DNA of 63,266 bases, the filler included, from Octopus bimaculoides (Eukaryota): NCBI RefSeq assembly GCF_001194135.2. It is 5 parts of 4 records of this genome, joined end to end, with 100 filler letters (N's around TTAATTAATTAA, not from the genome) between each part and the next. Parts side by side here need not be neighbours in the genome. Positions count along the whole stretch, not along the records: positions 1 to 13,401 come from NC_068996.1; 4 more parts are not named here. One strand, 5' to 3'. Positions 1 through 11,530 of this stretch are shown one piece after another. A program made the translations under genes and the position numbers. How positions within the stretch are numbered: the stretch's first letter is position 1; each line of letters opens with the position of its first letter. The notes beneath the pieces are model-generated. The model was given only the letters and a program-made list of their open reading frames with translations. It had not been told where the DNA came from and did not search any database.

Positions 1-261
1 ATATTACTTTGAGAGCACCATGTGACACGCCTTGACCTATAGGAATCATTAGCTTCCTGTTTTTCTCCGTTCGGTAATCTAAAGTAAAAAAAAAAGACAG
101 ACTTCTGTGACGGACCCGTGAAATTTTAAGTGGCTTACAGCCGAATCAGATTATATATTACTACAATATAATATAAGGATAAAATCTTTATAAGAATTTA
201 TCACGTAGTCAGCGTGAAAAAAACCACATAAGGAAAAAAAACATCATTTTTTTCCATAAAT

Positions 262-488
262 ATATATAATTTATATAAGGGCATTACTATATAATAATGC
301 CTCACGCTTAGAGGGACTCCATAAGTCAAAACTACCAAAAATAAGCACATGTTTACCGATCGCGAGGAATGCAACTTTCAAAGGTAACCTCCTAAAAGCT
401 TTTAACTTTATTTTGGTAGTTTTGACTTATTAAGTCCTCTAAGCGTGAGGTATTATTTTATAATAATGCCCTTATATAAATTATATAT
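262..488. mobile_element. Fold-back / MITE-like element with ~83-bp inverted arms
   Basis: 262-345 (atatataatttatataagggcatt...gtcaaaactaccaaaaataag) is the reverse complement of 406-488 with a handful of differences; ~60-bp spacer; TA-rich ends. Confidence 0.8.
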
Positions 489-871
489 TACTACAGCTTG
501 ACTCGGGAGGAACCACCACCTACGCCGCTGACCGCACTAGGATAGTTTCTGTCTCTCACCGTGAAAATTGAATATATGCAACACATGATCTCAACACACG
601 GGAAATGTATTACAGAAAATGTAATACTTAAAATTCTGAAAAATTAGAATATAGTGCAAAATGACTCTACGAACTAGATTAGGGCTGGAAAAGTAACACG
701 GTCGGTAGGGTCATTTTGTACTATGTTCTATTTTGTGAGAAATTTTAAGTGTAAAATTTTCTCTTTATTCACCTGAAGAAAATGGGTGGGGTTGCATGAT
801 ATAACGCCTTGATTCATCAATAATGAACAGGTTGAAACAGTTGTAGTGAACTTCAACCAATCTGTGTTAAC

Positions 872-911
<40 letters not shown>

Positions 912-1178
912 ACAAATAATTTAGTCTCAAACGCAGAATAATGTTAACAGAATGGCAGGAACACGCTAAAATATCCATGTTTTTGCAAAATAAATTTGCC
1001 AACGTAATTTGAACATATAAATAAGCGCGCGCACACACACACACACACTCACACATATATGCATAAATATGTGTGTATGTGTTTTGTATGTGTTCACGCG
1101 CGTTTGTGTAATTATTTTACTTGTGGAAAATAATAATTTTTAACTCCGTAGCTATCATACCATCCACACTAGATATAC

Positions 1179-1394
1179 GGTCAACTCAGCTGGTATAAGT
1201 GAGTTGAGTTATACCTGTATATGAAAGGGTCAATCATGTCACGATCTGTGTCACGCTGAATCTCTCTGAGAACAACATTAAGGGTACGCGTTTCTGTGGA
1301 GTACTCAACTGCTTGCATGTTAATTTCACGAGCGGATTGTTTCGTTGATCAGATCAACTGGAACTCCCGTCGTCTTCACCTACGGAATGCCACA
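1179..1394 (+). mobile_element. tRNA-derived SINE family A, diverged 3' body
   Basis: Homologous to 60650-60861 (+) and to the reverse complement of 31757-31960 (gtgtcacgctgaat...ttaatttcacgagc...gatcaactggaac). Confidence 0.8.
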
Positions 1395-1509
1395 TATATA
1401 CATAACTTGGATTTGCAAAATGCTCCTTTTATAATTGATAGAAGTATAACTAATGTTCCTTCGGTTGTTACAACATTGCATCAGTGCTTCATGCAGAATC
1501 AAGTTTATT

Positions 1510-1713
1510 ATTTTCTACTCTAGGCACAAGGCCCGAAATTTTTGGGGAGGAGGACAGTCGATTAGATCGACCCCAGTACGCAACTAGTACTTAATTTATC
1601 GACCCCGAAAGGATGGAAAGCAAAGTCGACTTCGGTGGAATTTGAACTCAGAATGTAAAGACAGACGAAATACAGCTAAGTATTTCGCCCGGCGTCCTAA
1701 CGTTTCTGCCAGC
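1510..1713 (-). mobile_element. tRNA-derived SINE family C
   Basis: Reverse complement matches 16432-16644 (B-box-like gagttcaaattcc, tail cgggccttgtgcctagagtagaaaa). Confidence 0.85.
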
Positions 1714-1860
1714 CTTAGAAACCTGTTTATGAAAATAGGTTTAAGGAGGTGATCACCTTGATTATTCTCATCTCCTTAGCTATGTGTATGTGTGTGTGTG
1801 CGCGCGCGCGTATATGCATGTCTCTTTGTGTCTGTGCGTGTGAGTATGCGTGTAGGTATC

Positions 1861-1911
<51 letters not shown>

Positions 1912-2366
1912 GTGCATACGTATTATAATTGTTTATGTGTTTAAAAGTGATTACAACATTGTCAGATATAGAACTCAATACAAAAGGTCAAACAAAGTCA
2001 TTTTCCTTAGGTTGTATGAAATTGTTACAGATACTCATGACTGCAGCCAATTGGTTCATTCACGTTTTAGCTTGAAAAGGATGTCGTTTTAGCTTTTAGG
2101 AAACGGGAGTGATGGTGGATGGGGGGGATGAGTGGCTAACTGCTTATGGCAGTCGCTAAATGGCTTCGAAGTGTGTTGTGTAGAGGAGAGATATGTTTGC
2201 GTCTGTGTGTGTGCGCGCGGGCGTGCGCGTGTGTACGCATGCGTAAACAAATGTTAGAGAGTGAAAGGTTATAGTACGACGGTTAGGAAAACAAATTTAA
2301 TTCAGTTGATTTCAAGATGTTCATTGGTACGCGTGTATATGTGAGAGCATATGATTCTCTTTGTGT

Positions 2367-2405
<39 letters not shown>

Positions 2406-3199
2406 TATTTATATATATGTGTGTGCGTCTAGGTTAATGGATATATAAGCAAACAGATAGATAGGTACATAAGTAATACGGACAGACAAGCGCATACACA
2501 TACGTGCACAAATGAATACTGAAACACATGACCATATATACGCATGTACAGTCACACAAACCGATACACACAGGCACACTCAAACATGCACACACAAGGA
2601 GGCAGAGGTACACGTACAAATGCGTAACGCATACACACATACAAACACACACAAATATACAAACGCACGAACTTGAACACACAAACAAATGAATATGCAC
2701 AATATATACATCCATACGTAGAAACGTACACACACGCATACTCTCTCTATATATATATATATGCATACACACACATACATACATACATACATACATACAT
2801 ACATACATACATACATACATACATACATACATACAGGCATATGTGTATACAGATGCACACTGACGCACACACATGCGTACAAACAAACAAAAAGAACTCA
2901 GCCCTGATAACAAATAGAGTCTACGACTATAGAAAAGGTTGCAAGACGCAACAAAAGTTTTAGAGAAAATAAGTAAATGAGTGAAAATCGAACCGGGGAG
3001 TGTGTTAATTAATTAGGCACTAAAAGAGAATGATTCTTCCCAGACACAATATAATATATATATATATATTCAATTAGAGGTGAGAGTCGCTTCATTAAGG
3101 GATAGTAATATCCAATGAAATACTGTTTCATTATTTAATATTTGTTGTAGGTCACAATAATATTCATAAAATAATGGGTCTATTTATAAATCATGGTTA

Positions 3200-3353
3200 A
3201 TAATCATTCAGAAGAAAGTTAAGAAAATGGAGATATAACATTTAATAAAAAATTAACTGCAAAAATCCAACAGTCTCTTACAGCTGTTTCAATTAAACGT
3301 AATTGAAACAGATGTTATATCTCCATTTTCTTAATTTTCTTTTGAATGATTAT
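3200..3353. repeat. Nested palindrome (42-bp outer arms, 12-bp inner hairpin)
   Basis: 3200-3241 vs reverse complement of 3312-3353 (2 mismatches); ctgtttcaatta 3284-3295 / taattgaaacag 3300-3311 pair perfectly around a 4-nt loop. Confidence 0.85.
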
Positions 3354-3372
3354 ATCTATCTATCTATCTATA

Positions 3373-4043
3373 TAATTAACATAATATGGTAAAAATTCGA
3401 TATTAATTAATATCAATTTAATACCAGGAAACTAGCACATTAAAAGAATCAGAAGGCTCTTGAAAAAATTTTTTTCGAGATCCTAAGAAGATTATAGTAC
3501 TTGTGTATATAAGATTGACCAGTGACCGGTCTGTCAAAATGCTAGAAGAAGCTCACTTAAAAGATTCTCAAATACGGATTTAGCGGAGCAAAAACAGGCG
3601 GGCTAGACCAGTGAAAATTGTACATACCCCTATTATCTGCAGACTATAGTTTCAAAATCAGCATTTTCAAAATAAAAATGTCTATTTATCTTCAGTACAG
3701 ATTGCCGATATTTTTACAATCGGACAGAATCTCGTGCTAGTTGTCTTCAACTAGTGAAAGCGTGCACGTGATTCTATCCATTATAAAGATTAAAATTCAA
3801 AAGTCTTAGTTTTGGCGCGCTGAATCCGGAAAATATCTCTGCAGAAAATAATTTCTGCTTTGAATTTACCAACTTTGAGAAATGTGATTATGGTTAATTA
3901 ACATAATATGGTAAAAATTCGATATTAATTAATATCAATTTAATACCAGGAAACTAGCACATTAAAAGAATCAGAAGGCTCTTGAAAAAATTTTTTGGGA
4001 GATCCTAAGAAGATTATAGTACTTGTGTATATAAGATTGACCA
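3373..4043 (+). repeat. 149-bp near-identical direct repeat pair
   Basis: 3373-3521 and 3895-4043 differ at about 2 positions; 373-bp unique spacer. Confidence 0.9.
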
Positions 4044-4056
4044 ATATATATATATA

Positions 4057-5271
4057 TTGGGTCATTCCATAAATAATGCGGTTTTCTCAATTACATGAAC
4101 TAAAATTTGGATGGAGATGGGAAAAACTACCTGCATTAACTTACTATGAAAGCAGGTCGTATTTTGAAGAGTGCAGTTCGATTTTAACAATTATTTTTTC
4201 AAAGCTATAATGGAAGTGACAAAGGAGCATATTCGGCATATTTTGCTTTGTGAGTTCAATAAAGGCAACAACGCAACGGGTAGTACGAGGTATATTAATG
4301 CAGTATATTGGGGTCGGACAATAAGCGTAAGCCAGTGTCAACGGTGGTTCCAGAAATTCCGAGTCGGAAACTACAGTTTAGAAGACGAGCCTCGTCTTGG
4401 AAGATCTTTAGAGGCTCCCAGGTGGAACAAAATCGTAACTGTTGAGGAACTAGCAGAGAAGATTGGATTTGGTCATTCAATCATTCATCAACACCTGCGG
4501 GCCATCGAAACGTCAGCAAATTGGGTCAATGGATTCCTCACAAACTTTCCGAGTGTAATCGTGCGCAGAGATTGAATGTATGCTCTCTATTGCTGCCACG
4601 TCTCTCGAAGGTACCTTTTTTTTTGGACCGAACAATGACTAGTGACGAGAAAAGGATAGCGCCAAATACAGTGAGTAGGGAAAGGAGAAACACCAGCACC
4701 CATTGGCTAAAGAAGGTCTTCACCTACGTAAGGTGTTATCTGTTTGGCAGGATATGGAAGATGTATTTCCCTTTGAACTTTTAAACCCAAACCAAACGAT
4801 AACAAAGGAAGTCTACTGCGAGAAGCTTGAACTGCTCAAGTCAGCGCTAGAAGAAAAACGATCACCTTTGGTTTCAAGACGAAATGTGTTTTTCCATCAG
4901 GATAATAGTCGGTCACACAGAGCAAGGATGACATTCCTAAGGCTGGAGCAGTTTGAATGGGAAACGATGCCCCACCCACCATATTCGCCGGACATTGCCC
5001 CATTTGGTTATCATTTATTCATCAGCCTTCAAAATCATTTGGACGGAAAAAATATGAAGTCTGTAGATGAAGTCAGAAGAGTACTAGAGGAGCATTTTTC
5101 ATCAGGGACAAGTGAATTTTGGAAGAGGGACCTTGCAAGTCTACTAGACAGATTGAAGAGCATTGTAGAAAATGAAGGAGCGTATATTTTAGATTAAAAA
5201 TGAACTTTATCTTAATTTTGAAAAATAAGAGATGTATAAACAAAAACACATTTATCTATTGGATGACTCAA
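4057..5271 (+). mobile_element. Mariner DNA transposon, near full length, defective
   Basis: Imperfect ~28-bp TIRs (ttgggtcattccataaataatgcgg / cacatttatctattggatgactcaa), TA on both sides, 1215 bp, transposase remnants inside. Confidence 0.93.
4210..5197 (+). pseudogene. Mariner (DD34D-type) transposase pseudogene
   Basis: MEVTKEHIRHILLCEF HTH region, WIPHKL (WVPHEL motif), MTSDEK, FFHQDNSRSH, HPPYSPDIAPFGYHLF (third catalytic D replaced by G); split over three frames with internal deletions. Confidence 0.92.
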
Positions 5272-5429
5272 TATATATATACGTGAATATCGAACATGAC
5301 AAGTGAGCGCTCAACACCGTAGTGATGGATAAAATTTCTTTATTTGTGTATCAAGGCAACCATTGATTTCATGTTTAAAAAATATCTTACTATCTTAATT
5401 TTTCAAGCCGGATGAAAATATACACGCGC

Positions 5430-5478
<49 letters not shown>

Positions 5479-5585
5479 GCATATACATACATATCGTCAA
5501 AGTATCATATATCCGAAAAAGACGCACACTCTAGAGCATAGAGCAGTCCTGTATTTATATGCAGCTAAGTCTATTTCCAGTCATG

Positions 5586-5645
5586 GAGTGACCAATGGTT
5601 TCACATCCATAAAGAGCCTGGACCCATGGACGGTTCGTCAGACTC
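5586..5645 (-). ncRNA. Type I hammerhead ribozyme, consensus-complete
   Basis: Minus strand: stem I GAGU(5645-5642)/ACUC(5589-5586); CUGACGA 5641-5635; stem II ACcGUCCAU...AUGGAUGU; GAAA 5602-5599; stem III ACCA-U-UGGU; GUC cleavage triplet 5592-5590. Confidence 0.8.
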
Positions 5646-5730
5646 TAAAGACAAAGACATACATAACTCTTCAACTTTAGGAGGCAGGTGACCGCAACGG
5701 ACTCTCGCCTCACAGATTTGAAGAGTTATA

Positions 5731-5791
5731 TTTGTCTGATGAACCGTCCATATGGCTAGGCCCTTTATGGATTCGAAACTATTGGTCATTC
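5731..5791 (+). ncRNA. Inverted hammerhead copy, stem I damaged
   Basis: CUGAUGA 5736-5742, stem II UCCAUA/UAUGGA, GAAA 5775-5778, CUAUUG-GUC 5785-5787; a deletion upstream of the core removes most stem I pairing. Confidence 0.6.
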
Positions 5792-6325
5792 TATGACTGG
5801 ACTTAACTGCATATATATACATACATATATGTGTGTGTCCGTGAGTGTGTGTGTCTATGTGTGTCAGTGTGTGTATGAATGGATGAATGGATGGATGGAC
5901 AGTTGGATCAATATGCGCACACACACAGACGCACTTGCATGTATGCATGTACTTATGTGCTTACTAATAGGTATGCGTAATCTAATTTAGTTGGTGGTGT
6001 TGCATTGAAAGCGGCAAGAAATGTTTTGAAATGAAATTTGTCTTTAATCGTAGAAAGAAAACTAAGAACTCGCATTCATTATCAGCGACAGCGAAAGGAA
6101 GCAGGAGGTAATTTGAAGATACTAAGAAACAATTAACTTAAAGTAGAATTCGGTGAACGGAAACCATTCGGAAGCCCATTACGCACGCATGCATACGCAC
6201 ACACGCACGCACACACATGTATGAATACATAAATGCACTCACACGTTTGTGTGTATGTATGTTTGTTACCGTGTGCGTGTTTGTTTGTGTTTGTGTGTGT
6301 GTGTGTGTGTGTATGTGTGTGTGTG

Positions 6326-6363
<38 letters not shown>

Positions 6364-7019
6364 AAAAACGTACGGTGAAAATAGTAACACAGAAGACAAA
6401 GAGAAAACAACGTGTATATGTTTAAGCTCAGTGTAGAATCAAGAAAGTAGAAGCGACTTAAAGTTTCCGATCTTTTCCAGACATTTAGTTAGAAGGTAAA
6501 AGTTTTGAAAAAGACAGAACAAACCGGAGTGACGAAAAAAAATGTGCTATTTTGTGTCTAGTCATGTTCAAAATGGTAAAGTTTAAGGGACCAGAAGTGA
6601 CCCAGAAAGAATGCAATTTCATTCATGGAAAATTAACAGGGGAGGTAATTACATGTAGATTATATGTTTATGTGTGCGGATGCATGTGTACCCAGCTGCG
6701 AACTCAATGTATATGTGGTATTATGCATATGTGTATAACTCTGTGTGCATGTATGTGTTGTTTGTCTTCTGAATTTTTAATTACTTTCATCATGATCAAC
6801 AAACAAATTGGTATTGTAAAGTGCCATTCGCATGCTTATAGCGATCCTCGATTGGGAGGGACTTCTACTGATGGAAGTCCTTCGCAAAAGAGGATAGTTT
6901 CTGCTAAATATATGCAAGTGCTATGTTGGAGCGTAGTGCGGCGGTCGCAAAAATATTGTAGAGCAAAATGGCTGTCATTGTAAGAGATGTGATTCATAGT
7001 GACTAAAAGTCGAGTGGGG

Positions 7020-8790
7020 GGGGGGAGAAAGAGGAGTGACAGATGGGTAATCTTGTTTGCTAAATGATGTAGGAGCTATGTGAATGAGGAAATATGGCCA
7101 ATAATAGTTGATATGAGTTCAGTTGGATAATTGCAAACTGATGGAGCAGTCATGGTTGTTTGAGTTATGTATTTTGAAAAGGAAGTTTATGGGGAGCGGG
7201 CAGAGTTATAGATAATGATCTAAAGTTAGTGGAAATTGAGAAGGGGGAGGTGAACTGATGAAGAGCGGAGGCTCCGAGTTTCTGGTACTTAGGAGAAGTT
7301 GATTTTAAGGTCCGACAGAATTCAGTGTCTTTCTTGTACAAGTCAGTGCGCCAAATTACTATGATTCCACCCATGCCCTCGATTTTCAGTATGTCACCTC
7401 ACAGGCGAAGACTATGGAGTGGAGACAGGTTAGCCCGGGTGGTGTTACGTCTTTGTTGTTGGAAACCCAGATCCTCGAAGAAGTCTTCGTTGTTAATTAT
7501 TTTATCTGAATTATGATCGAAGATGCAGAGTTTAGCCCGATGCAGGATGCGTTCAACCTAGGTCTATGACCGAAGCTATTTGCTGGAGGACGTAAGTGGT
7601 GTGAACTGGAGAACCATACCAAAGAAATAACTTTCAACTGGGGAGAGGTGAAGGTTAATGGGTATACAGAAGAAGTAGGTAGAAGAGGTGTGTGAGCTGT
7701 GTAGCTGACGATTGGTTTTGATTATGTTTTGAAGACGTGTATGCGAGAAGACAGGGTCAGTGTGATGGTTCTATTAGCTCCGGCTAATGTGTGTATGTGG
7801 TAGAATTTGGCGTGTTGATCCGCAGAGCAGTGAAGGACAGGAGCATGGTGCAAGCGTAACAGATGCAAGAGGGATACATACAGTGGCATTGTGAAGAATG
7901 GATGGTAAAGGGGCGAGTCGAGTTAGTTGTTTTAAATGTTAATAAAAATGTCAATGAGTAAGCGGTTGATATGATGAATTAAAAGGATGACAACGCGAGT
8001 GAGGAGAGTAAGAGGCAATTGGTGGAGAGAAAAATACAGATTTGTAATATTGGCAGTGGAATGTATGTGTTTAGCAGAAGGTGAAGCCGATGGTAGCCCG
8101 CATCAAAAGGCAGGGTGATTTGCAAAATATGGATTCTATAGTGGAAGTGAACGGAGAATTGGAATGGAAGTGAAGACGGAAGTCATGTGGAATGAGGTGA
8201 TAGTGGAGTCAACGGCTGAGAAAAGCTGCAAGACTAGAGTGACGTGTAAATCAATGGAGAGATATGAGACATTGATTGAGATGACAGTGAATGTCATAGA
8301 GGTGCAACTTGGTGAAATGAGAACAGTTTTTAAAGTTTTAAAAAGAAATTCTTTAGGATGGGAATAAATTGGAGCAATGAAAACGAAGAGCAAAATATCT
8401 AGTATTTTCCGAGGGTTCCAAGAGGGAAGATAGTGCTAACAGAAGATTGCTAAGAGAGATGGCATAACTCAGTGGAGTATTGGATAGAAGAGAAATAATT
8501 GACTGGATTAATATGTGAGAGAATAGATTTAAGTTAAAAATTAGCAATAAAAGGGAGAACACAAAAACGGTAAGGATATATATAAATAATAGTTTAACTC
8601 TCAATAAAAGGTTATGAAAGTGGGTGTGTCTTTAGGATTTCGAGTTTCGGTCCTTCTTCGAGTTTCGGTCCTTCTTCGAGTTTTTCGGTCCTTCTTCGAG
8701 CATTTCGAGTTTCGGTTCTTACGGTTGGATAGATAGGAGGAAGAAGTGTAGAATAAAAGAATAAAGGGAAATGACAAAAAGTACACTCTG
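7020..8790 (-). mobile_element. Degenerate Penelope-like retroelement (5' region and N-terminal RT)
   Basis: Minus-strand translation gives EDFFEDL, GGIIVIWRTDLY (cf. KGGAVVVWRxDLY) and VCNYPTELIS (cf. SACxCPTELIS) of PLE RTs, with many stops and shifts; boundaries approximate. Confidence 0.65.
8635..8720. repeat. 18-bp tandem repeat (cgagtttcggtccttctt), about 4 copies
   Basis: Units start at 8641, 8659, 8677 (+2 T), partial at 8697 and 8706. Confidence 0.9.
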
Positions 8791-10127
8791 TCCTTTTTAT
8801 GCTAAAAATAGTGCCGAAGTGACCTAGAAGGAAGGAATTTTGATTCGTACATCACCAAAGGGCTTATAGTGGTGTCTGAATTATAGGCGTCTAGTTTTAC
8901 TGAGTGAGTTGTACACCCAATATATTTTGGATAGAAAACACGGGAGTATTGACATGGCATGAATATATAAAGTATAGAAATGTGTGGGGGTGGGTTCAGT
9001 GTGGGGGTGGGTTCAGTGTGTGTGTGTGTGAGAGAGAGAGAGATTATGTGTACGTGTACCCATGCATATAAGTATAGGTTTGAAACAGAACAAATAGCTT
9101 CTAAGCCTTTATCAAGATTTTGAGTCAGTCTAGCATGATCAAAAGCGCAAACCATGCTTGCCAATCTTTCATATCAGTTAAGTTGATTTTACTTCTTCTA
9201 GAACGTCAAATGACCATATAAAGTCCTAGTTGTTGCCTTGTTTTTAAATTCTATCTTACGGTGTGTGTATCAGTATTACATAACTGAGACTGATTTTCAA
9301 GATAGCATTTAGAATTATTTTATATCCAGTTATTTTTGTTTATTTATTTAGTAATTAGAAAGAAGGTCAACGTTGATCAGAACCTACGTTCAAATGTGTT
9401 CTAGATACGGCACTGTTTTCTCTTTTCCTTTCTGTATGCATGACGTGTTCCGAAACTCATCTTATTTTTTAAAGACAATAGATTGTGATTAGAAGGAGAT
9501 TTGGTAGCTCTAACTAATTGCTTCACCGACTATGTAAAGTGTCGATAATTTTTGCAGCTGCTCTTTAGCATTAAATCAGCCTTCCTTCAGTTAATTAAGG
9601 CTTTCAAATTGAAAACATCACGTCTTATGTTTGTTTAATCCAATGTGCTTGCAGTGTCGCTGCTATTTTTAACAAAACGTGTGACCATGTTTCAACATTG
9701 CGTTATCTTTCATGAATTTTGTTTTAAGCAAAAGAGGAAAATGTACTCCAAGTGTAAATAGAATAATGGAGAAGTTTGACAGAAATTAAAACAAATTCTC
9801 TACAATTCAGTGAAAGAGAAAACCTGTCTTTAATCTTTTTATCTGCTAGAAATATCAATCAAAACTCACAGAAATGCTACCACAATGTTTTAAGAAACAT
9901 TGAATAATTAGACCAGGAATGTTGATGTACTCAAAGTCTTTAAGTTAAAGAGTTTACGTTTCGTGTGCTGTAAATAAACACATTTACGTATAAATACATA
10001 CAAAAACATGTGAAAGAAAGCAATAAAGGAAAAAGAAAGAAGTAAAGAGAGAGGAATAAAAAAAAAGGAAGCCTAAGATACTGACACATACGCAGGCAGA
10101 CAGACAAAGAAGGACGGGCTGACAGAC

Positions 10128-10130
<3 letters not shown>

Positions 10131-10190
<60 letters not shown>

Positions 10191-10208
10191 ACGATAGATA
10201 GATAGATA
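10131..10208. repeat. (GAAA)n-(GATA)n microsatellite
   Basis: Directly visible. Confidence 0.95.
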
Positions 10209-10906
10209 GGTATTACTTCATGGTGCACTGTCTTCACTTCCTCTTACTCTTTCAAAAATACTCGCATAAATACACATGCTTACACAAATAGACACTGAAA
10301 ACCATTGAATATTAAAACAGTAAGTAAACGCTAACATTGGTGAGACTCGGTATGAAACAGATGATAATGAAAATGTCAGCTATATTCAGTCATATAGAGA
10401 ATTGCACATATAGGCATTCAAGCAAACGCACAGAAACACGCGCGCGCTTAATAGATCGCTTCGTCCGTTAAGTTACATAACAGTTAGGCCCACAATGCCT
10501 TTGCAGTTATTAATTCGTCTTTTAACGTATCACTTGAGACGTATTATACTTTCAATGAAAGTTTTGTACTTTGAGTCGTTTAATCAATATGTAAGCAAAC
10601 ATAAATATGATATCTTTGAGTTCTAAAATGATATTTTTCATCTTGAGGGGTGTGGTTGTTTTTCATGTATTTCTTTTTCTATTTTCTTCATTTTTTAGAA
10701 TCTTTTATGTTTTTATTAGAAAGTGAAAAAGAAGATTGAAGAAAAATAGGCTTTTTTTATATAAAATAAAATGAAAAGATATCATATGGCAAAAATGTTT
10801 CAACTTTAAAAGTAAAATGTTCTACTTTATGTAAAAATGAACCTGAGTGCTGTTGTGTACACACATACACGCACACACGTACATACACACACACACACAC
10901 ACACAT

Positions 10907-10927
10907 ATATTATTATTATCATTATTA

Positions 10928-10979
<52 letters not shown>

Positions 10980-10993
10980 CATCATCATCATCA

Positions 10994-11057
<64 letters not shown>

Positions 11058-11092
11058 CATTATTGTTATTATTATCATCATTATTATTATTA
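10907..11092. repeat. (ATT)n/(ATC)n compound microsatellite
   Basis: Directly visible; source of the poly-I/L/N ORFs. Confidence 0.95.
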
Positions 11093-11530
11093 TGCAACAG
11101 GCGTTATATTCATTCTACACGTTAATACAGATCCTCTGCGAGACCTATCGTTTCGTGCTACGCTGTTTTGCACAGAAGCTGAATAATCCCCAACTTATGC
11201 TAAAGAACAAACTTCACACATCTTTACACTGGTCGCCTGAAGATTGAGGACTAACATTCTAGCGATCCGTTCACATACACTTAGTTTTGAATGTATATTA
11301 TTCGCCTATACCTCAGAATATCAAGCAATTCTTTCTGCAGAATTGTATTTGCCACATCTCCAGTATCTACATACATACATACATACATACATACATACAT
11401 ACATACATACATACATACATACATACATACATGCATGCATGCATGCATGCATGCATACATACATACATACATACATACATGCATGCATGCATGCATTCAT
11501 ACATACATACATACATACATACATACATAC

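Larger units (their letters stand above)
5560..5811. mobile_element. TA-flanked palindromic element with a hammerhead motif in each arm
   Basis: Left arm 5560-~5674 and right arm ~5718-5811 are imperfect reverse complements (TA|tgcagctaagtc...gacttaactgca|TA); ~43-bp spacer. Confidence 0.8.

Noticed and set aside
7255-7290. CUGAUGA-AGAGC-GGAG-GCUCC hammerhead-like start
   Set aside because: Followed by GAGU rather than GAAA, no stem I; antisense within PLE RT sequence.
8986-9011. G-quadruplex motif
   Set aside because: By-product of a 17-bp tandem duplication; no functional context.
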